A model generated the notes under the pieces. That model was not told the origin of the DNA. It ran no database searches and worked only from the letters and a program-made list of their open reading frames with translations. DNA of 64,000 nucleotides, taken from a virus. Position numbers and translations under genes: made by a program. Location of the stretch: positions 16,614 to 80,613 of the IMG/VR virus record IMGVR_UViG_3300025102_007089, one strand, 5' to 3'. Of the stretch, positions 19,008 to 30,086 are shown one piece after another (within the stretch, counting starts at the first letter, position 1; each line of letters begins with the position of its first letter).

Positions 19008-19253
19008 ATGGAACGAGAATTTACTTTTAACTTAAAAGATGGTACTACTAAAAAAATGTTATTTAATGAGTTCGTTAGATGGGCTTGTTTGATAGAAGGC
19101 GTTGAAAAAGTTTCTGAGAAACTTGAAGAGGCTGGTGTTGATATGAATAAGAATGATTGGGTAAAACCTTTAGCTTTTCAAAAATATGTTGAAGAACGAT
19201 ATCATTCAATGAGGCATGATCTTACTGTTGAAGCTGGCTTAGGTAATATATAA
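19008..19253 (+). CDS. Hypothetical protein
   Basis: ORF only. Confidence 0.65.
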   Translation: MEREFTFNLKDGTTKKMLFNEFVRWACLIEGVEKVSEKLEEAGVDMNKNDWVKPLAFQKYVEERYHSMRHDLTVEAGLGNI

Positions 19254-19254
19254 G

Positions 19255-20094
19255 ATGAAAAAGCTTACCATAGGGTTATGTGTATACGATGATTTTGATG
19301 GTATATATTTTACATTACAATCTCTAAGACTTCATCATTCAGAGGTAATGAATGAGGTTGAATTTATTATTATAAATAATAATCCTAAATCTCATCAAGG
19401 GGGTGAAATTCAAAAGTATACTAGACATATTACTGAGCCTTTAACCTATGTTGAGTACAGCTCTTACAGTTCAACTGCATTAAGAGATAAAATTTTTACC
19501 TTAGCTAACACACCTTATGTACTGGTAATGGACTGTCATGTTCTGCTAGAAGGTGGTATTTTAAAAAAGCTTATTGAATTTTATGATCAAGAAGAAGATA
19601 AAGGTAATCTATTACAAGGTCCTTTAATTTATGATGATTTGAATAATTTAAGCACTCATTATGATCTAGATACTTGGGGAGCCTATATGTGGGGTACCTG
19701 GGGCACTGATAAAAGAGGAGAAAAAAGAGAAAATAAACCTTTTGAGATTCCAGCGCAAGGACTCGGTTTATTTAGTTGTCGTAAAGATGCTTGGTTAGGT
19801 TTTAACAATCAATTTAGAGGCTTTGGTGGGGAAGAAGGTTACATTCACGAAAAATTTAGACAAAATGGTAAAGTTACATTGTGCCTACCCTGGCTTAGAT
19901 GGTTACATCGGTTCCAACGACCGCATGGAGTACCATATAACTGCGATTTAAAAGATAGATTTAGAAATTATATGATAGGCTTTACTGAACTTAAGTTAGA
20001 TACTAGTGAAGTAATCAAACAATTTCAAGAAGTTATCTCTTCTAAGTATATAGCTCAAGTTAAAAAGGAGCTTGGTATTACTAAGAAAAAATAG
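19255..20094 (+). CDS. GT2-family glycosyltransferase
   Basis: LTIGLCVYD, EFIIINN, VLVMDCH, GLFSCRKDAW.GFN..FRGFGGEE, WLH. Confidence 0.85.
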   Translation: MKKLTIGLCVYDDFDGIYFTLQSLRLHHSEVMNEVEFIIINNNPKSHQGGEIQKYTRHITEPLTYVEYSSYSSTALRDKIFTLANTPYVLVMDCHVLLEGGILKKLIEFYDQEEDKGNLLQGPLIYDDLNNLSTHYDLDTWGAYMWGTWGTDKRGEKRENKPFEIPAQGLGLFSCRKDAWLGFNNQFRGFGGEEGYIHEKFRQNGKVTLCLPWLRWLHRFQRPHGVPYNCDLKDRFRNYMIGFTELKLDTSEVIKQFQEVISSKYIAQVKKELGITKKK

Positions 20095-21211
20095 ATAGGC
20101 TATTATCAGGTATTAAGAAAGGAAGGCCTCTATAGTCCCCTTCTATAGTAATATTATTATCGATAGCAAAATCATCCGCTCTTTCTTTAGGTATAATACC
20201 AATAGTTTGAATATTTAACCCTGTATCAACTAATATACCTTTAAATCTTATTGGTGTATCAACAGAAATATTGTTATCAGTTCTAAATATGGTAATATTT
20301 TGTTTAGCTGTTTCTAATAAACTAATATTAGCTTGATCAGCAATTGCTGAAATACCTACCGCGGTAGTAATGTTACTATTAGGGTTGAAACTATTACCTC
20401 TTGTAGTTAGAGTTTCAGTTATCACACTATCAGTAACTAAACCTTCAATATGTGGGTCTTTTAAGAAGAATTTACCTACTGATAAGGCGGGGCTTGATGT
20501 TGAGACTGGTGTAGTAAACGAATAACCTACAAAAACGTCTAAATTATCAAAGTTATCTAATTCTAAAGGTAAACTAACAGTAGTAAGTGTTTCAAATTTA
20601 GAGTTTACATTTCTATCTATAGATATTTTAGTACCTAAATTAGCGTATCTAAACCTTAAAGTTGTAAAATCGTCCGAAGTTAAAGGTATAGTAGGTGAAA
20701 AAGTAGATAACTCTTCATAAAAAACTAAGCTCTTATTAAAATCTCTAATACAGAGGGAATTTCTTCTTACTTCATGAGGTTTAACCCCGTCTCTACCATC
20801 TCTACCTGATAAACCATAAAGTCCAGTAGTATCAAAAACTATTTTAACTAGTTGACCGCTTAAGCTAGTAGAATCAATTACTAAATTTTCACTACTTTCA
20901 GTAAGAAGAGGTAAAGCTGCTTCAGAAAGCAATGAAACAGCTGATAAAGCAACACTAGGGTCTTGATCTCCGACATATTGACCCGGTAAAGAAGAAATTT
21001 CTGAGGTTAATGTAGTTAAGAACGTACCAAAAGCGTATTCAACAGCAGATTCAGGAGCTTGCCATGAATTACCTTCTAGACCTAGATCTCCAGGTACTTT
21101 AAAATCAAACGACCATACAATATCATAATTAGAATTATATCTAAAATCTTTTTCTACAAATTGATACGACCTCTCACCGGGTGGTAGCTTTATTTCGTTA
21201 GGTAGAGCCAT
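20081..21211 (-). CDS. Hypothetical virion protein (beta-rich)
   Basis: Late-promoter-linked ORF at the end of the tail fibre cluster. Confidence 0.6.
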   Translation of the reverse strand: MALPNEIKLPPGERSYQFVEKDFRYNSNYDIVWSFDFKVPGDLGLEGNSWQAPESAVEYAFGTFLTTLTSEISSLPGQYVGDQDPSVALSAVSLLSEAALPLLTESSENLVIDSTSLSGQLVKIVFDTTGLYGLSGRDGRDGVKPHEVRRNSLCIRDFNKSLVFYEELSTFSPTIPLTSDDFTTLRFRYANLGTKISIDRNVNSKFETLTTVSLPLELDNFDNLDVFVGYSFTTPVSTSSPALSVGKFFLKDPHIEGLVTDSVITETLTTRGNSFNPNSNITTAVGISAIADQANISLLETAKQNITIFRTDNNISVDTPIRFKGILVDTGLNIQTIGIIPKERADDFAIDNNITIEGDYRGLPFLIPDNSLSIFS

Positions 21212-21236
21212 TATACATATTTATTCCTGTATAATG

Positions 21237-21395
21237 TTAATCAAAAGCTTTTAAAATTTCATTTACCTTCTCAATTAAAATTTTACAGCTTCTGAAATCT
21301 TTTTCTTCTCCAGGTTTAAAAGAGGATTGCTCAGCTAGCTTTTTTATAAAGACAAAATCTTGGTAATCTAATCCCTCTACAACAATTTCTTTCAT
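21237..21395 (-). CDS. Small hypothetical protein, 52 aa (not in ORF track)
   Basis: MKEIVVEGLDYQDFVFIKKLAEQSSFKPGEEKDFRSCKILIEKVNEILKAFD fills the gap after the tail fibre gene. Confidence 0.6.
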   Translation of the reverse strand: MKEIVVEGLDYQDFVFIKKLAEQSSFKPGEEKDFRSCKILIEKVNEILKAFD

Positions 21396-21403
21396 ATATT
21401 TAA

Positions 21404-22954
21404 TTATTCGCCGTAACCAATTATATCAACAAATACATTTGGTTGTAACCCAGGAGCTGTTCTATTTCCGTCGAGAGCAACAAATAGCTTTCTGGAAGTT
21501 CTGTTAAATCTAGCTGTAAATTGGCCTCCGTCTCCTTGTTGCGATCTACCTTGTACTGTACCACCACCGGCATCACCTAAAACAAACTTTTTAGAAGTAG
21601 CTGCAGGTAAGGCTGAATTATCAAAAGTAAAGTAGAAAGCAGCTCTATTAGGTATAGTATACTGACAATGAATAACCTTAGCAGCTACTGGTACTATGGT
21701 AGGTAAGTCAAAACCAGTCCATGAATTAACAACAAAATCAGTACCATCATTAATTAACTCTACCGGGGAGTCAAGGTAAACGTTTTTATAAATAGTAGCT
21801 TTAGAATCTGCGGGATATCCATCGTTATTTGATGAAAGACCTACCTCAATAGTACCACTTAAGAATTGAGTAGCTGTATTGTCTATACGTACTCCATTTT
21901 TAGCAGCAGAAAGTGGTGTATTAAATGATATAGTTGGAGCGCTTACCTTATCATCAACAGCTTTTATAATAAACGTGGTTGCTAAGGCAGATAATGGACT
22001 TGAACTTAAAGCACCACTAACACTAGCATTACCTTGCCCTAATCCTGAAACTACGTGGTACTCAGTACCTAAAAACGGGTCAGCTACTGCTGATCCGTAT
22101 AAAGTAGCTCTCGTAAAATCTGGAAGCACAAAATTATCACCAGTACCTCCATATCTATTTCCTATAACACCAGATAAATCAGGATAATTAGTACCTGTTA
22201 CAGTTGAACCATCACATTTTAACCACCCATATGGTACATCAGCAACTGCAGATATAAATGGTACTATTGATCCTACTGGTACTGCTCCAGCAGATGTATT
22301 TGGTACGATAGTTTCTACCACAGTAGGTAAAGCCCACCTTAATTGACCTGTAGGATCAGAAATTAATTGACTGTTATTAACTGAAGGCTTTACCGACGGA
22401 AAGTCATAATCAATTGCATTTATCTTTAACTTACTTGGTATCTCTAAATAACTTCCTGCATCTACTGTTCTTTGAGAAATACCATCTATATTAATAAAAC
22501 TACTTAATGCTACTTTTTGCGAACCATCAAGCTCTATACTACTACCTAAAGCATTTAAATCTATATTGCCAGCTGATAACTTACCTATAGTTATTCTTTG
22601 TGATGCATCAATGCTAATAGTATTATCTCCAGCTGAAGCTAAATTAGAAATAGTAACCCAGTCGTTAATACTACCACCGTTATTTTCGTTAATAAACTGT
22701 AATATATTATTGTCACTATCAAAAGCAATATCACCTATTACTCCTGTTTTATCAGTAATAGTTTCTGCTGTACCTAAAAACTTATTACCAACTAAAGTAC
22801 CACCTGGTGTAGTACCATCTCCAATAAAAACTCTTTTTGTATCTGTTGTATATCCAAATTCACCCTCATCAAGAGTTACTTCTTTTCTTTCTATATCAGT
22901 ACCTCTCCTTACAAGAAGTTTTAAAAGAGTATTTTCTAAAATTTCAATGGACAT
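21404..22954 (-). CDS. Tail fibre protein (Mtd-like N-terminal domain plus tail collar domain)
   Basis: LLVRRGT...L.EGEFGYTTDTKRVFIGDG; collar VPVGSIVPF...PYGWLKCDGS...YPDL..VIG..YGG...F.LPD. Confidence 0.85.
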   Translation of the reverse strand: MSIEILENTLLKLLVRRGTDIERKEVTLDEGEFGYTTDTKRVFIGDGTTPGGTLVGNKFLGTAETITDKTGVIGDIAFDSDNNILQFINENNGGSINDWVTISNLASAGDNTISIDASQRITIGKLSAGNIDLNALGSSIELDGSQKVALSSFINIDGISQRTVDAGSYLEIPSKLKINAIDYDFPSVKPSVNNSQLISDPTGQLRWALPTVVETIVPNTSAGAVPVGSIVPFISAVADVPYGWLKCDGSTVTGTNYPDLSGVIGNRYGGTGDNFVLPDFTRATLYGSAVADPFLGTEYHVVSGLGQGNASVSGALSSSPLSALATTFIIKAVDDKVSAPTISFNTPLSAAKNGVRIDNTATQFLSGTIEVGLSSNNDGYPADSKATIYKNVYLDSPVELINDGTDFVVNSWTGFDLPTIVPVAAKVIHCQYTIPNRAAFYFTFDNSALPAATSKKFVLGDAGGGTVQGRSQQGDGGQFTARFNRTSRKLFVALDGNRTAPGLQPNVFVDIIGYGE

Positions 22955-22962
22955 ATTTTTAT

Positions 22963-24405
22963 TTAATAGTTAAAAATAGGTATGGCGTACCTATCGAATG
23001 TTTGTGAATTATTTCTCGTTGTACCAGATAAAGCTAAAGTTAAAAATCCTGCTGAACTAAGTGTATTTATATTTCCGCTTGAATCTTTTGCTGTATATGT
23101 ACTGCCATCGTGTTGATAACTGTTACTAACTTGATTAGGCGCACCAGTAAATACACCTTTTACAACGCTAGTAGCTTTAATAATGAAAGTAGTATCAACT
23201 GCACTTAAATTAACAAATGCTGAATCATGTTGTCTAGCAGATAAGTAGTAGACTTTAGAACCAGCAGTACCAAAATCAGGATTCTGATTATTACCATATA
23301 AAAACTGCCCTCCGGTTAAATTAGGTACTCTAAAGTCTGTACCTCCCTCACCACCAGTATTATAATTAGTACCTATAGCATTATATAGATCACTATATTG
23401 ACCTGTTTGTGAATAAACAGCGCCATCACATAAAACAAACCCGTGGGGAACAGCTCCAATAGCCCGAGCATGAGGTAGTATCGTACCAACTGGTACAAAA
23501 TCAGCTCCAGTTAAGGATGTAGCTGTCATAGTATCAAAGAAAGTAGATTGAACATTTTCAACTATACCTTTACCATTAAGAGATAAAAATGGTGCTTCAT
23601 AATTACCAGATACAGGTTTATTAACTAAAGAAATAGTACTATTATTAACATTGAAACTCTCCCCATCTACTGAGCATAGAGTTGTATTAATTGTTTGTGT
23701 TTCTAAATTAACATTTAAACCGTCGCCAAATATATTTAAATCTAACGCACTAAATAAAACTGAAGAAGAATCAGCAGGGCCTGCAGCTAAACGATTCCCT
23801 TCAAATATTAATCCGGAGCCAATATTTACTTGAATTGGCTCTCCATTACCACCCGATAACCCAGCTGATAAAGCTGTATTTTTAATCTCTCTTTCAGTAA
23901 TTGAGTTACTTACAGGTGTTAAAAATCCTCCCGATAGTTCAAAATAATCAGTACTAAAATTAACATCTATAGCTTGCCCGTTTCTTACTAAAGCTTTACC
24001 AAAAGCTTCATTCATTAAATCATTACCATCTATAGAACTGAGTTTTATTGTAAGATGGTTACTACCATTAAATTCAATATTAGCATCATCAGGCACGGCA
24101 CCTATATAAGACCAACCAGAAAGAGCATTAGTATATTGTTCAGCTGATAAAGCATATAATTTATTATTTGCATAGCCAAAATCACCTATTTGTGCACCAA
24201 CATTACCACCTAATCCAGATTCAACATTAAAAGATCCAAAGTTTTTACTTCCTACAACATTACCACCTGAAAGAGCGCCATCCCCTACAAATAGTCTCTT
24301 TGTATCAATAGTATAACCTACTTCTCCTTGATCTAAAACTACACGCTCTCTTTCAGAGTCGGTTCCTCGTCTTACTTTAAATTTTACTATAGTAATATCT
24401 GCCAT
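22963..24405 (-). CDS. Tail fibre protein (Mtd-like N-terminal domain plus tail collar domain), paralog of 21404
   Basis: FKVRRGTD.ER..VVLDQGEVGYTIDTKRLFVGDG; collar VPVGTILP...PHGFVLCDG...YSDLYNAIGT.Y...FRVPNL. Confidence 0.85.
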   Translation of the reverse strand: MADITIVKFKVRRGTDSERERVVLDQGEVGYTIDTKRLFVGDGALSGGNVVGSKNFGSFNVESGLGGNVGAQIGDFGYANNKLYALSAEQYTNALSGWSYIGAVPDDANIEFNGSNHLTIKLSSIDGNDLMNEAFGKALVRNGQAIDVNFSTDYFELSGGFLTPVSNSITEREIKNTALSAGLSGGNGEPIQVNIGSGLIFEGNRLAAGPADSSSVLFSALDLNIFGDGLNVNLETQTINTTLCSVDGESFNVNNSTISLVNKPVSGNYEAPFLSLNGKGIVENVQSTFFDTMTATSLTGADFVPVGTILPHARAIGAVPHGFVLCDGAVYSQTGQYSDLYNAIGTNYNTGGEGGTDFRVPNLTGGQFLYGNNQNPDFGTAGSKVYYLSARQHDSAFVNLSAVDTTFIIKATSVVKGVFTGAPNQVSNSYQHDGSTYTAKDSSGNINTLSSAGFLTLALSGTTRNNSQTFDRYAIPIFNY

Positions 24406-24412
24406 AATTTAA

Positions 24413-25039
24413 TTAACTTATTCGTTTCCATACATATACCCCATAATATGGAGGTATATTATTATGTGCTTGGTTATCACCAACAAATGTTGTATCAGCT
24501 CTCAATTCTCTTGATGTATCAAAACCTGCACTATCTTTATTCGCACCATTCGTTCGTCCAAATCTATTTTTTCTTCCATGTACGTCATGCTGGTGGCTAG
24601 GCATTTCATCTATTGTTAATTCATGCTTATACTCACCTTCAGTACCTACATTTTCAGCTTCAATAATTTGAACATTGCCGTTTTTATCTGTACCAGTTCC
24701 AGCTCCTGCAAGAAAAAGTCCCTCAGAAACTAATTCCCATTCTGATCCAACCAATCTAGTACCAGGATTAACATTTTCAATTGATAAGAAAATACTATTA
24801 ATTGGATATATTAAATCTAACAGTGTAGTATCTGTCGAAGATTTAAGCATAGTTACATTATGAATTGAAACATCGCTTGTCGAAATTTCTATACCTGTAT
24901 AATTACCTTTACCGTCATATACACCATCAAAATCTTCAGTGAGATTATTACCACTTAAATGTATTAACGAAGTATACCTATCAGAAATAAACTGATTAGT
25001 AAAATCAGCGCCTGTTGAGGTAGAAGGTGGTGTCGACAT
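24413..25039 (-). CDS. Baseplate/tail protein with gp10 C-terminal-like domain
   Basis: IYPINSIFLS...NPG...W; H.LTIDEMPSHQH; HNNIPPYYGVYVWKRIS. Confidence 0.75.
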   Translation of the reverse strand: MSTPPSTSTGADFTNQFISDRYTSLIHLSGNNLTEDFDGVYDGKGNYTGIEISTSDVSIHNVTMLKSSTDTTLLDLIYPINSIFLSIENVNPGTRLVGSEWELVSEGLFLAGAGTGTDKNGNVQIIEAENVGTEGEYKHELTIDEMPSHQHDVHGRKNRFGRTNGANKDSAGFDTSRELRADTTFVGDNQAHNNIPPYYGVYVWKRIS

Positions 25040-25053
25040 ATAATATATTTAGT

Positions 25054-27102
25054 TTAGGATGTTAAAATGCTATCATAAATTGCTTTCTGTAATTCAAATA
25101 ATTTAGAAAATACTCTATTTATTGAAAGATAATTAACACTTTCATTACTATGAAAGTAAAAATCACGTACATTAACGTCAATACTTTCAGGAAGCTTAGA
25201 ATCTAATAATAACTCTGTACCGTAAAACTTTTTACCCTTAGGTATCTTAGTGAAACCGTTATATATATTGAGAGTATCTCTTAGGATATCCTGTATAAGG
25301 GTGTTTAAATTAATACCTATTCCAGTTTCACATATATTATCAAATAAAGTTTCATCAAAAAGACATTCTAAATCCTTTTTTACTAAACTATCTGTTTTAT
25401 CTTTTAATTTTGTGTAATATAATCTACCCACATTATGAAGATATAGTATCACTTCATTTTTTATTGAATCAACTAATACATTTTTATATGCTACTCTATT
25501 AGATTCAAGTAAATTTGTATTCCACTTCCATTGATTATTATCAAATAGATACTCTGTATTATCAAATAGTAAATCCGGAGGTAGATTTAAATCATTTCTA
25601 TTTAAAACTGAAATAGTTGGATCAGGATTAGATAGTAAGCGTTGGGAAATATTAGAATTATCATTAATAGTAAATAAATTACTATCAAACTCTGAAAATA
25701 TTACATCTAAATCAACTGTAGTATCAGTATCTCTATATATAAAGTAACCTACAGGTCTATTTTCTTTAAAAAATAGGTAATCAGGAGTAAAATAAAAAAC
25801 AGTATTAGGAAATTCTGGAAAAGTAAGCGTACTTATAGCTCCACTTTTACTTATTTTTTGAGCATCATCTTTTTCTTTAAAAAGTGGGTAAAAGAACCCT
25901 GTTCTGTTATTATTTGTACCAAAAACTGTATAAGATGAATTAGTTTTTTTAGGTGATTTATATCTAAATTGATTATCGTAATTTATTCTAGTACTTTTTT
26001 GAGGATCAGGTATAATATTAGTTTCAAAATAATTTTCTAAATCAATTTTATAAATTAAAAATTCAGATACATTACTTACTGGCTTAGTTACTATTAAAAG
26101 TAAGTCGTCATGACCTCTTAATGCAATTTTTACATACTCTGGCTCATTTAAATCAGATAATTGTATAGTTTTCAACACCTCAGTCTCATTTTTTAAGGAT
26201 AACTCAATTAATATATCACCTGCATTATTAGAAACTAATGCTCCTTTATATTTTTTACTATAACCTATATTATTATTAACTAATTTATTATCTGATACTT
26301 TTATTCTATCAATTAATTTAAGAGTTTGGCATGATCGGTATATACTTTCATCAAATATATTAACAAATGGTACAGAACTTTCTATATCTAAAGAATATAT
26401 TAAATGATTTGCTTTATCTACATAAATGTCTAAAAGTCTATTGTTGTTATCAAAAGTAACTAAGCTTAAATTTTTAATATCACTACCAAATGCACCTGAA
26501 AATGCTAGAGTTTTTGAATCTGTACTTATAGTATATATAAATCCATCTTCGTAAGTTTCAACAAAACTCTCCGTAGTGTTATCTAATTCAAAAAGTTCAG
26601 GAAATGTATTTTTATCTGCACCAGCAAATGGATCAATTTGATAGGGCTCTTGTAAGTTCTTTATAGTAACCCTATCATCATTACGACTATCTATTGTTGT
26701 TGATGATAATCCAAAAAATGCACATGAGCTTAAGTTATCACTACTAGTAGCCGAATTATATAAAGAAGGATTATATACTTGACTTAAACTAAAAAGAGAT
26801 AAATTATTTTCAAATAATGTTCTAAAGTTTCTCTTTAAAAAATCATTACTTAATATATTTCTAGGTGAATAATTTAAACTGCTAACTAAATTTGTAGTTG
26901 TTGATGTAACATTATTGTCGAATTCTCTCTTATCTAAAAAAGCAAAAGTAATAAAATTATTTTTAGCGCTTAGCGCTTGCGAGGTTTCAGTTTTAGTTCT
27001 ACCGGTATACGCTTCACCTTCTTCTACATTAAAAAAGCCTTCATAATCTTTTCCATCTAATGTAAAAGCATTACCGTCAGTAAATTTATAATAGGATATC
27101 AT
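25054..27102 (-). CDS. Hypothetical virion/baseplate protein
   Basis: 682 aa ORF in the baseplate cluster with TAAATA upstream. Confidence 0.6.
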   Translation of the reverse strand: MISYYKFTDGNAFTLDGKDYEGFFNVEEGEAYTGRTKTETSQALSAKNNFITFAFLDKREFDNNVTSTTTNLVSSLNYSPRNILSNDFLKRNFRTLFENNLSLFSLSQVYNPSLYNSATSSDNLSSCAFFGLSSTTIDSRNDDRVTIKNLQEPYQIDPFAGADKNTFPELFELDNTTESFVETYEDGFIYTISTDSKTLAFSGAFGSDIKNLSLVTFDNNNRLLDIYVDKANHLIYSLDIESSVPFVNIFDESIYRSCQTLKLIDRIKVSDNKLVNNNIGYSKKYKGALVSNNAGDILIELSLKNETEVLKTIQLSDLNEPEYVKIALRGHDDLLLIVTKPVSNVSEFLIYKIDLENYFETNIIPDPQKSTRINYDNQFRYKSPKKTNSSYTVFGTNNNRTGFFYPLFKEKDDAQKISKSGAISTLTFPEFPNTVFYFTPDYLFFKENRPVGYFIYRDTDTTVDLDVIFSEFDSNLFTINDNSNISQRLLSNPDPTISVLNRNDLNLPPDLLFDNTEYLFDNNQWKWNTNLLESNRVAYKNVLVDSIKNEVILYLHNVGRLYYTKLKDKTDSLVKKDLECLFDETLFDNICETGIGINLNTLIQDILRDTLNIYNGFTKIPKGKKFYGTELLLDSKLPESIDVNVRDFYFHSNESVNYLSINRVFSKLFELQKAIYDSILTS

Positions 27103-29417
27103 AGGTAGTTCTTAAAGTTTAGCTTGTTAATTACAGTAGTAGCGGGTAAGTCTTTTGATAACACGGCTATTAAATTATCTTTAACATCATTTAAAATATC
27201 AGTGTTACTTATATTTAAATTATTAACATTTATATCAACTACATTTGATTTTGACTTTAAGTTTGTAGCGAGTGTATTAAGCACCTCAATATTATCAGTA
27301 TAATTCTTCATACCGCAAGGTAAACTTACAATTAAATCGTCAATCTTAGTTATAGCTCTACTAAAAACAGTTAGTAGTTCATCTTCTTGTGAAAGAGGCT
27401 TAAGAGATAAAAATATATTAGTAAGAGTATCAAGTCTATCTAAAGAAGCTCTTAATATATCACCTTTAAATTCACTGCTTTCTAACTTTATATTACCAAA
27501 AATAATTTGTTTATTCGAATATCTAAAGCTGTTAGTATTAAAAGAAAATATTTTTACTGAATTTAAATATACATTACCCTTACCTATTTGATTATTAAAT
27601 GAAACTACTAAATCATTATCATTAGTTTCAGTCAAGGTATGGTCTGTATTAAAAAATTCGTATGTTTCATTAGCATTATCAAAAAAAGTAAAGTTTAACG
27701 ATAAATTATTTTTACTTTTAACTATACTAAAACCTGCTTCAATTTCATTAAAATGTGAAAAAACTTTAAAATCTTTATCAAAAAACTTAAACGCGATGGC
27801 GTAACCACCATTATTATTAATATCTTTATAATATGTAGGTGTTTCTCTTTCCGCTTTAGGTAAATCGCAAAATCTTACCCGTATATCTTCTTTTACTTTA
27901 TCTATATCTATTCTCTCGTAAGTATATTCTTTTTTAGGTTCGAAGGTTAAGTCACTTTTTTTATCAAAGAAGAATTCTTTTTTAACATCATTTTTTAGAG
28001 CAGTATTATCGTTAATAAGTTTTTCAATAGCATCTAAGTAGGTAACTTGATATATCGGCTTACCGTTTAGCGCATCTTCTTTAGTAGTGTAATCAGGATA
28101 ATAATATCTATCAACCCATAATCCCTCTTCTCCTGGAGCTCCTGATAACCAAGTACACAAATATTGCTCTTCTGTATCAGGCATATTTTTTATTTTTTTA
28201 TAAACACGATCAGAAAAATATGGATATGGGTAAGCAAATGACCCACTCTCTGTAAACTTTGTATCATTAATGTTAAGCTTTGTAAATGGATCTAATGATG
28301 ATGGTGCTGTAAAAATATTTGTACCTGGGGTAAATTTATAATTTATATTATAAGTTACATAGTTAAGCTCTAATGTAGAATCTCTTTCAGATGGAATATC
28401 GTTAAATATACTAGTATAGTTTCTAATTTTTCTAGCAAAAACAGCATTATCTTCTGAACTAATTAAACTATTAGATGAAGTAAAGGTGTCAAAGTTATCA
28501 CTTATGTTTTTAAGATTTAATATATTAAAGCTATTTTGTGATAAATTACCAGACTTGTAAAATAGATAATTAGAATCTAAATTAAAGGCGCTTCTATCAT
28601 TATTAATAAGATAATCTGTATCAGTATACTCTACAAACGATGTGTCTAGAGGATCTGATATAGTAGTAGAAAGATTAAACGTAATTTTAGCTGATATAGA
28701 GTTTATAAAAAACTCATTTGTATTTTTATCTGAAATATCTTCACCTATTAATTTAGTATCTTCAGGTTTTATAGCATACTTTTTATTATTCTTTCTAGTA
28801 AAAAAAGCTAAAAACTGATTATTGCTATGCTTAGTTAATATGTACTCTATTTTTTTACCTTCCTCGGTTAAAGTATTTTCTGCTGCAAAAAATACTTCTA
28901 TCTTACCATCCACTTCTTCGTTATCTGAACCTACTAAATAATATCTTATGTTATTATCTACGTAAGATAAAGTACAGTAAAAATCATCTATAAACTCAAC
29001 TAAAAATAATTCCTTAGAAGAGGTTTGAAAGTTAGTAATACCAGTAGCTCCATAATTTTGATAGTTGTTATAGTTAAGTGTATCCTTAAAAAACTCTCTC
29101 TTAATCTCTTTTACAAATTTTAAAAAAGTACCCTTCTTTCCTGGTAGGCGTGAAAAATTTAGCGATGTATAAATACTCGGTGGTTTTATATTTGTAGAGT
29201 TAAATTTAACAATTTTAGTTAAATCTGTTCTTTTTGTAAGATAAAAATTACTAAAGTTTTTATTTTTAAAATCTCTTGAACCAGATAGAGCATCAATAAA
29301 GTTAAACGAATAACCACCTGCGTATGTTCTAGAAAATTGTTCTAGATTTAAAGAATCTATGCATAAAGAACCCTCATTGAATTTAAGGGTACTTAAACTA
29401 GGAATACGACTACTCAT
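27099..29417 (-). CDS. Hypothetical virion/baseplate protein
   Basis: 772 aa ORF in the baseplate cluster. Confidence 0.6.
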   Translation of the reverse strand: MSSRIPSLSTLKFNEGSLCIDSLNLEQFSRTYAGGYSFNFIDALSGSRDFKNKNFSNFYLTKRTDLTKIVKFNSTNIKPPSIYTSLNFSRLPGKKGTFLKFVKEIKREFFKDTLNYNNYQNYGATGITNFQTSSKELFLVEFIDDFYCTLSYVDNNIRYYLVGSDNEEVDGKIEVFFAAENTLTEEGKKIEYILTKHSNNQFLAFFTRKNNKKYAIKPEDTKLIGEDISDKNTNEFFINSISAKITFNLSTTISDPLDTSFVEYTDTDYLINNDRSAFNLDSNYLFYKSGNLSQNSFNILNLKNISDNFDTFTSSNSLISSEDNAVFARKIRNYTSIFNDIPSERDSTLELNYVTYNINYKFTPGTNIFTAPSSLDPFTKLNINDTKFTESGSFAYPYPYFSDRVYKKIKNMPDTEEQYLCTWLSGAPGEEGLWVDRYYYPDYTTKEDALNGKPIYQVTYLDAIEKLINDNTALKNDVKKEFFFDKKSDLTFEPKKEYTYERIDIDKVKEDIRVRFCDLPKAERETPTYYKDINNNGGYAIAFKFFDKDFKVFSHFNEIEAGFSIVKSKNNLSLNFTFFDNANETYEFFNTDHTLTETNDNDLVVSFNNQIGKGNVYLNSVKIFSFNTNSFRYSNKQIIFGNIKLESSEFKGDILRASLDRLDTLTNIFLSLKPLSQEDELLTVFSRAITKIDDLIVSLPCGMKNYTDNIEVLNTLATNLKSKSNVVDINVNNLNISNTDILNDVKDNLIAVLSKDLPATTVINKLNFKNYL

Positions 29418-29447
29418 TTACATATATATTTAAGCTGTAAATTAAAT

Positions 29448-30086
29448 TCACTTTACAATTTTTATAATATCATCTTCCTTATCAATAATTACATCACCAC
29501 CACCTTCTTCTGCTTTTTCGAAGTTTTTACCTACATCATTTACAATAAAAGATATTTCTTCATCTCCTTCTGTTTGGTTATTAACTTCTAAAACATAATC
29601 ATCAACCTCACCTCTAAATACAAAATTTGAAGAGTAATTTACATCTTGTAATATATTACTGTCTATTAATTCTAAGTCACCAATATTTTCATAGTAACCT
29701 TCAGTTCTTACTTTTATAGGGTATGTTATTTCGGTAATATTCCCATTTATATACTGAATACCTATTTTTAAATCCATGGATTTTATTAACGCAGTAGCAG
29801 AAGGTTTGTAGACATGTTTGTATGTTTTAGATAAAAATACTGGTGCTAACCCTTTAGTAATTTCATCAAAAATACTATCAGTTCTATAAGTTCTAAAGGT
29901 AGTCAATTCAGGTTCTTCAATATCAGTACCATCACCCCAATCAATACTTATATACGAGGGAAAAATATTTTTATAGATGTTTACAATATCTAAACTTACT
30001 TCAGTTAAATCAAATAAATTTAACTGCTCACCTGTTGCAGTTAGTGCAGATTGCGATGTAGATAATGCAAGAGAAAACGTATTCAT
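29448..30086 (-). CDS. Hypothetical virion protein (PKD-like IDWGDG motif)
   Basis: IDWGDGT...HVY motif. Confidence 0.55.
   Translation of the reverse strand: MNTFSLALSTSQSALTATGEQLNLFDLTEVSLDIVNIYKNIFPSYISIDWGDGTDIEEPELTTFRTYRTDSIFDEITKGLAPVFLSKTYKHVYKPSATALIKSMDLKIGIQYINGNITEITYPIKVRTEGYYENIGDLELIDSNILQDVNYSSNFVFRGEVDDYVLEVNNQTEGDEEISFIVNDVGKNFEKAEEGGGDVIIDKEDDIIKIVK

Noticed and set aside
21404-24405. Diversity-generating retroelement suggested by the Mtd-like N-termini
   Set aside because: No reverse transcriptase and no TR/VR repeat pair were seen in the window; the Mtd-like part is only the N-terminal anchor domain.
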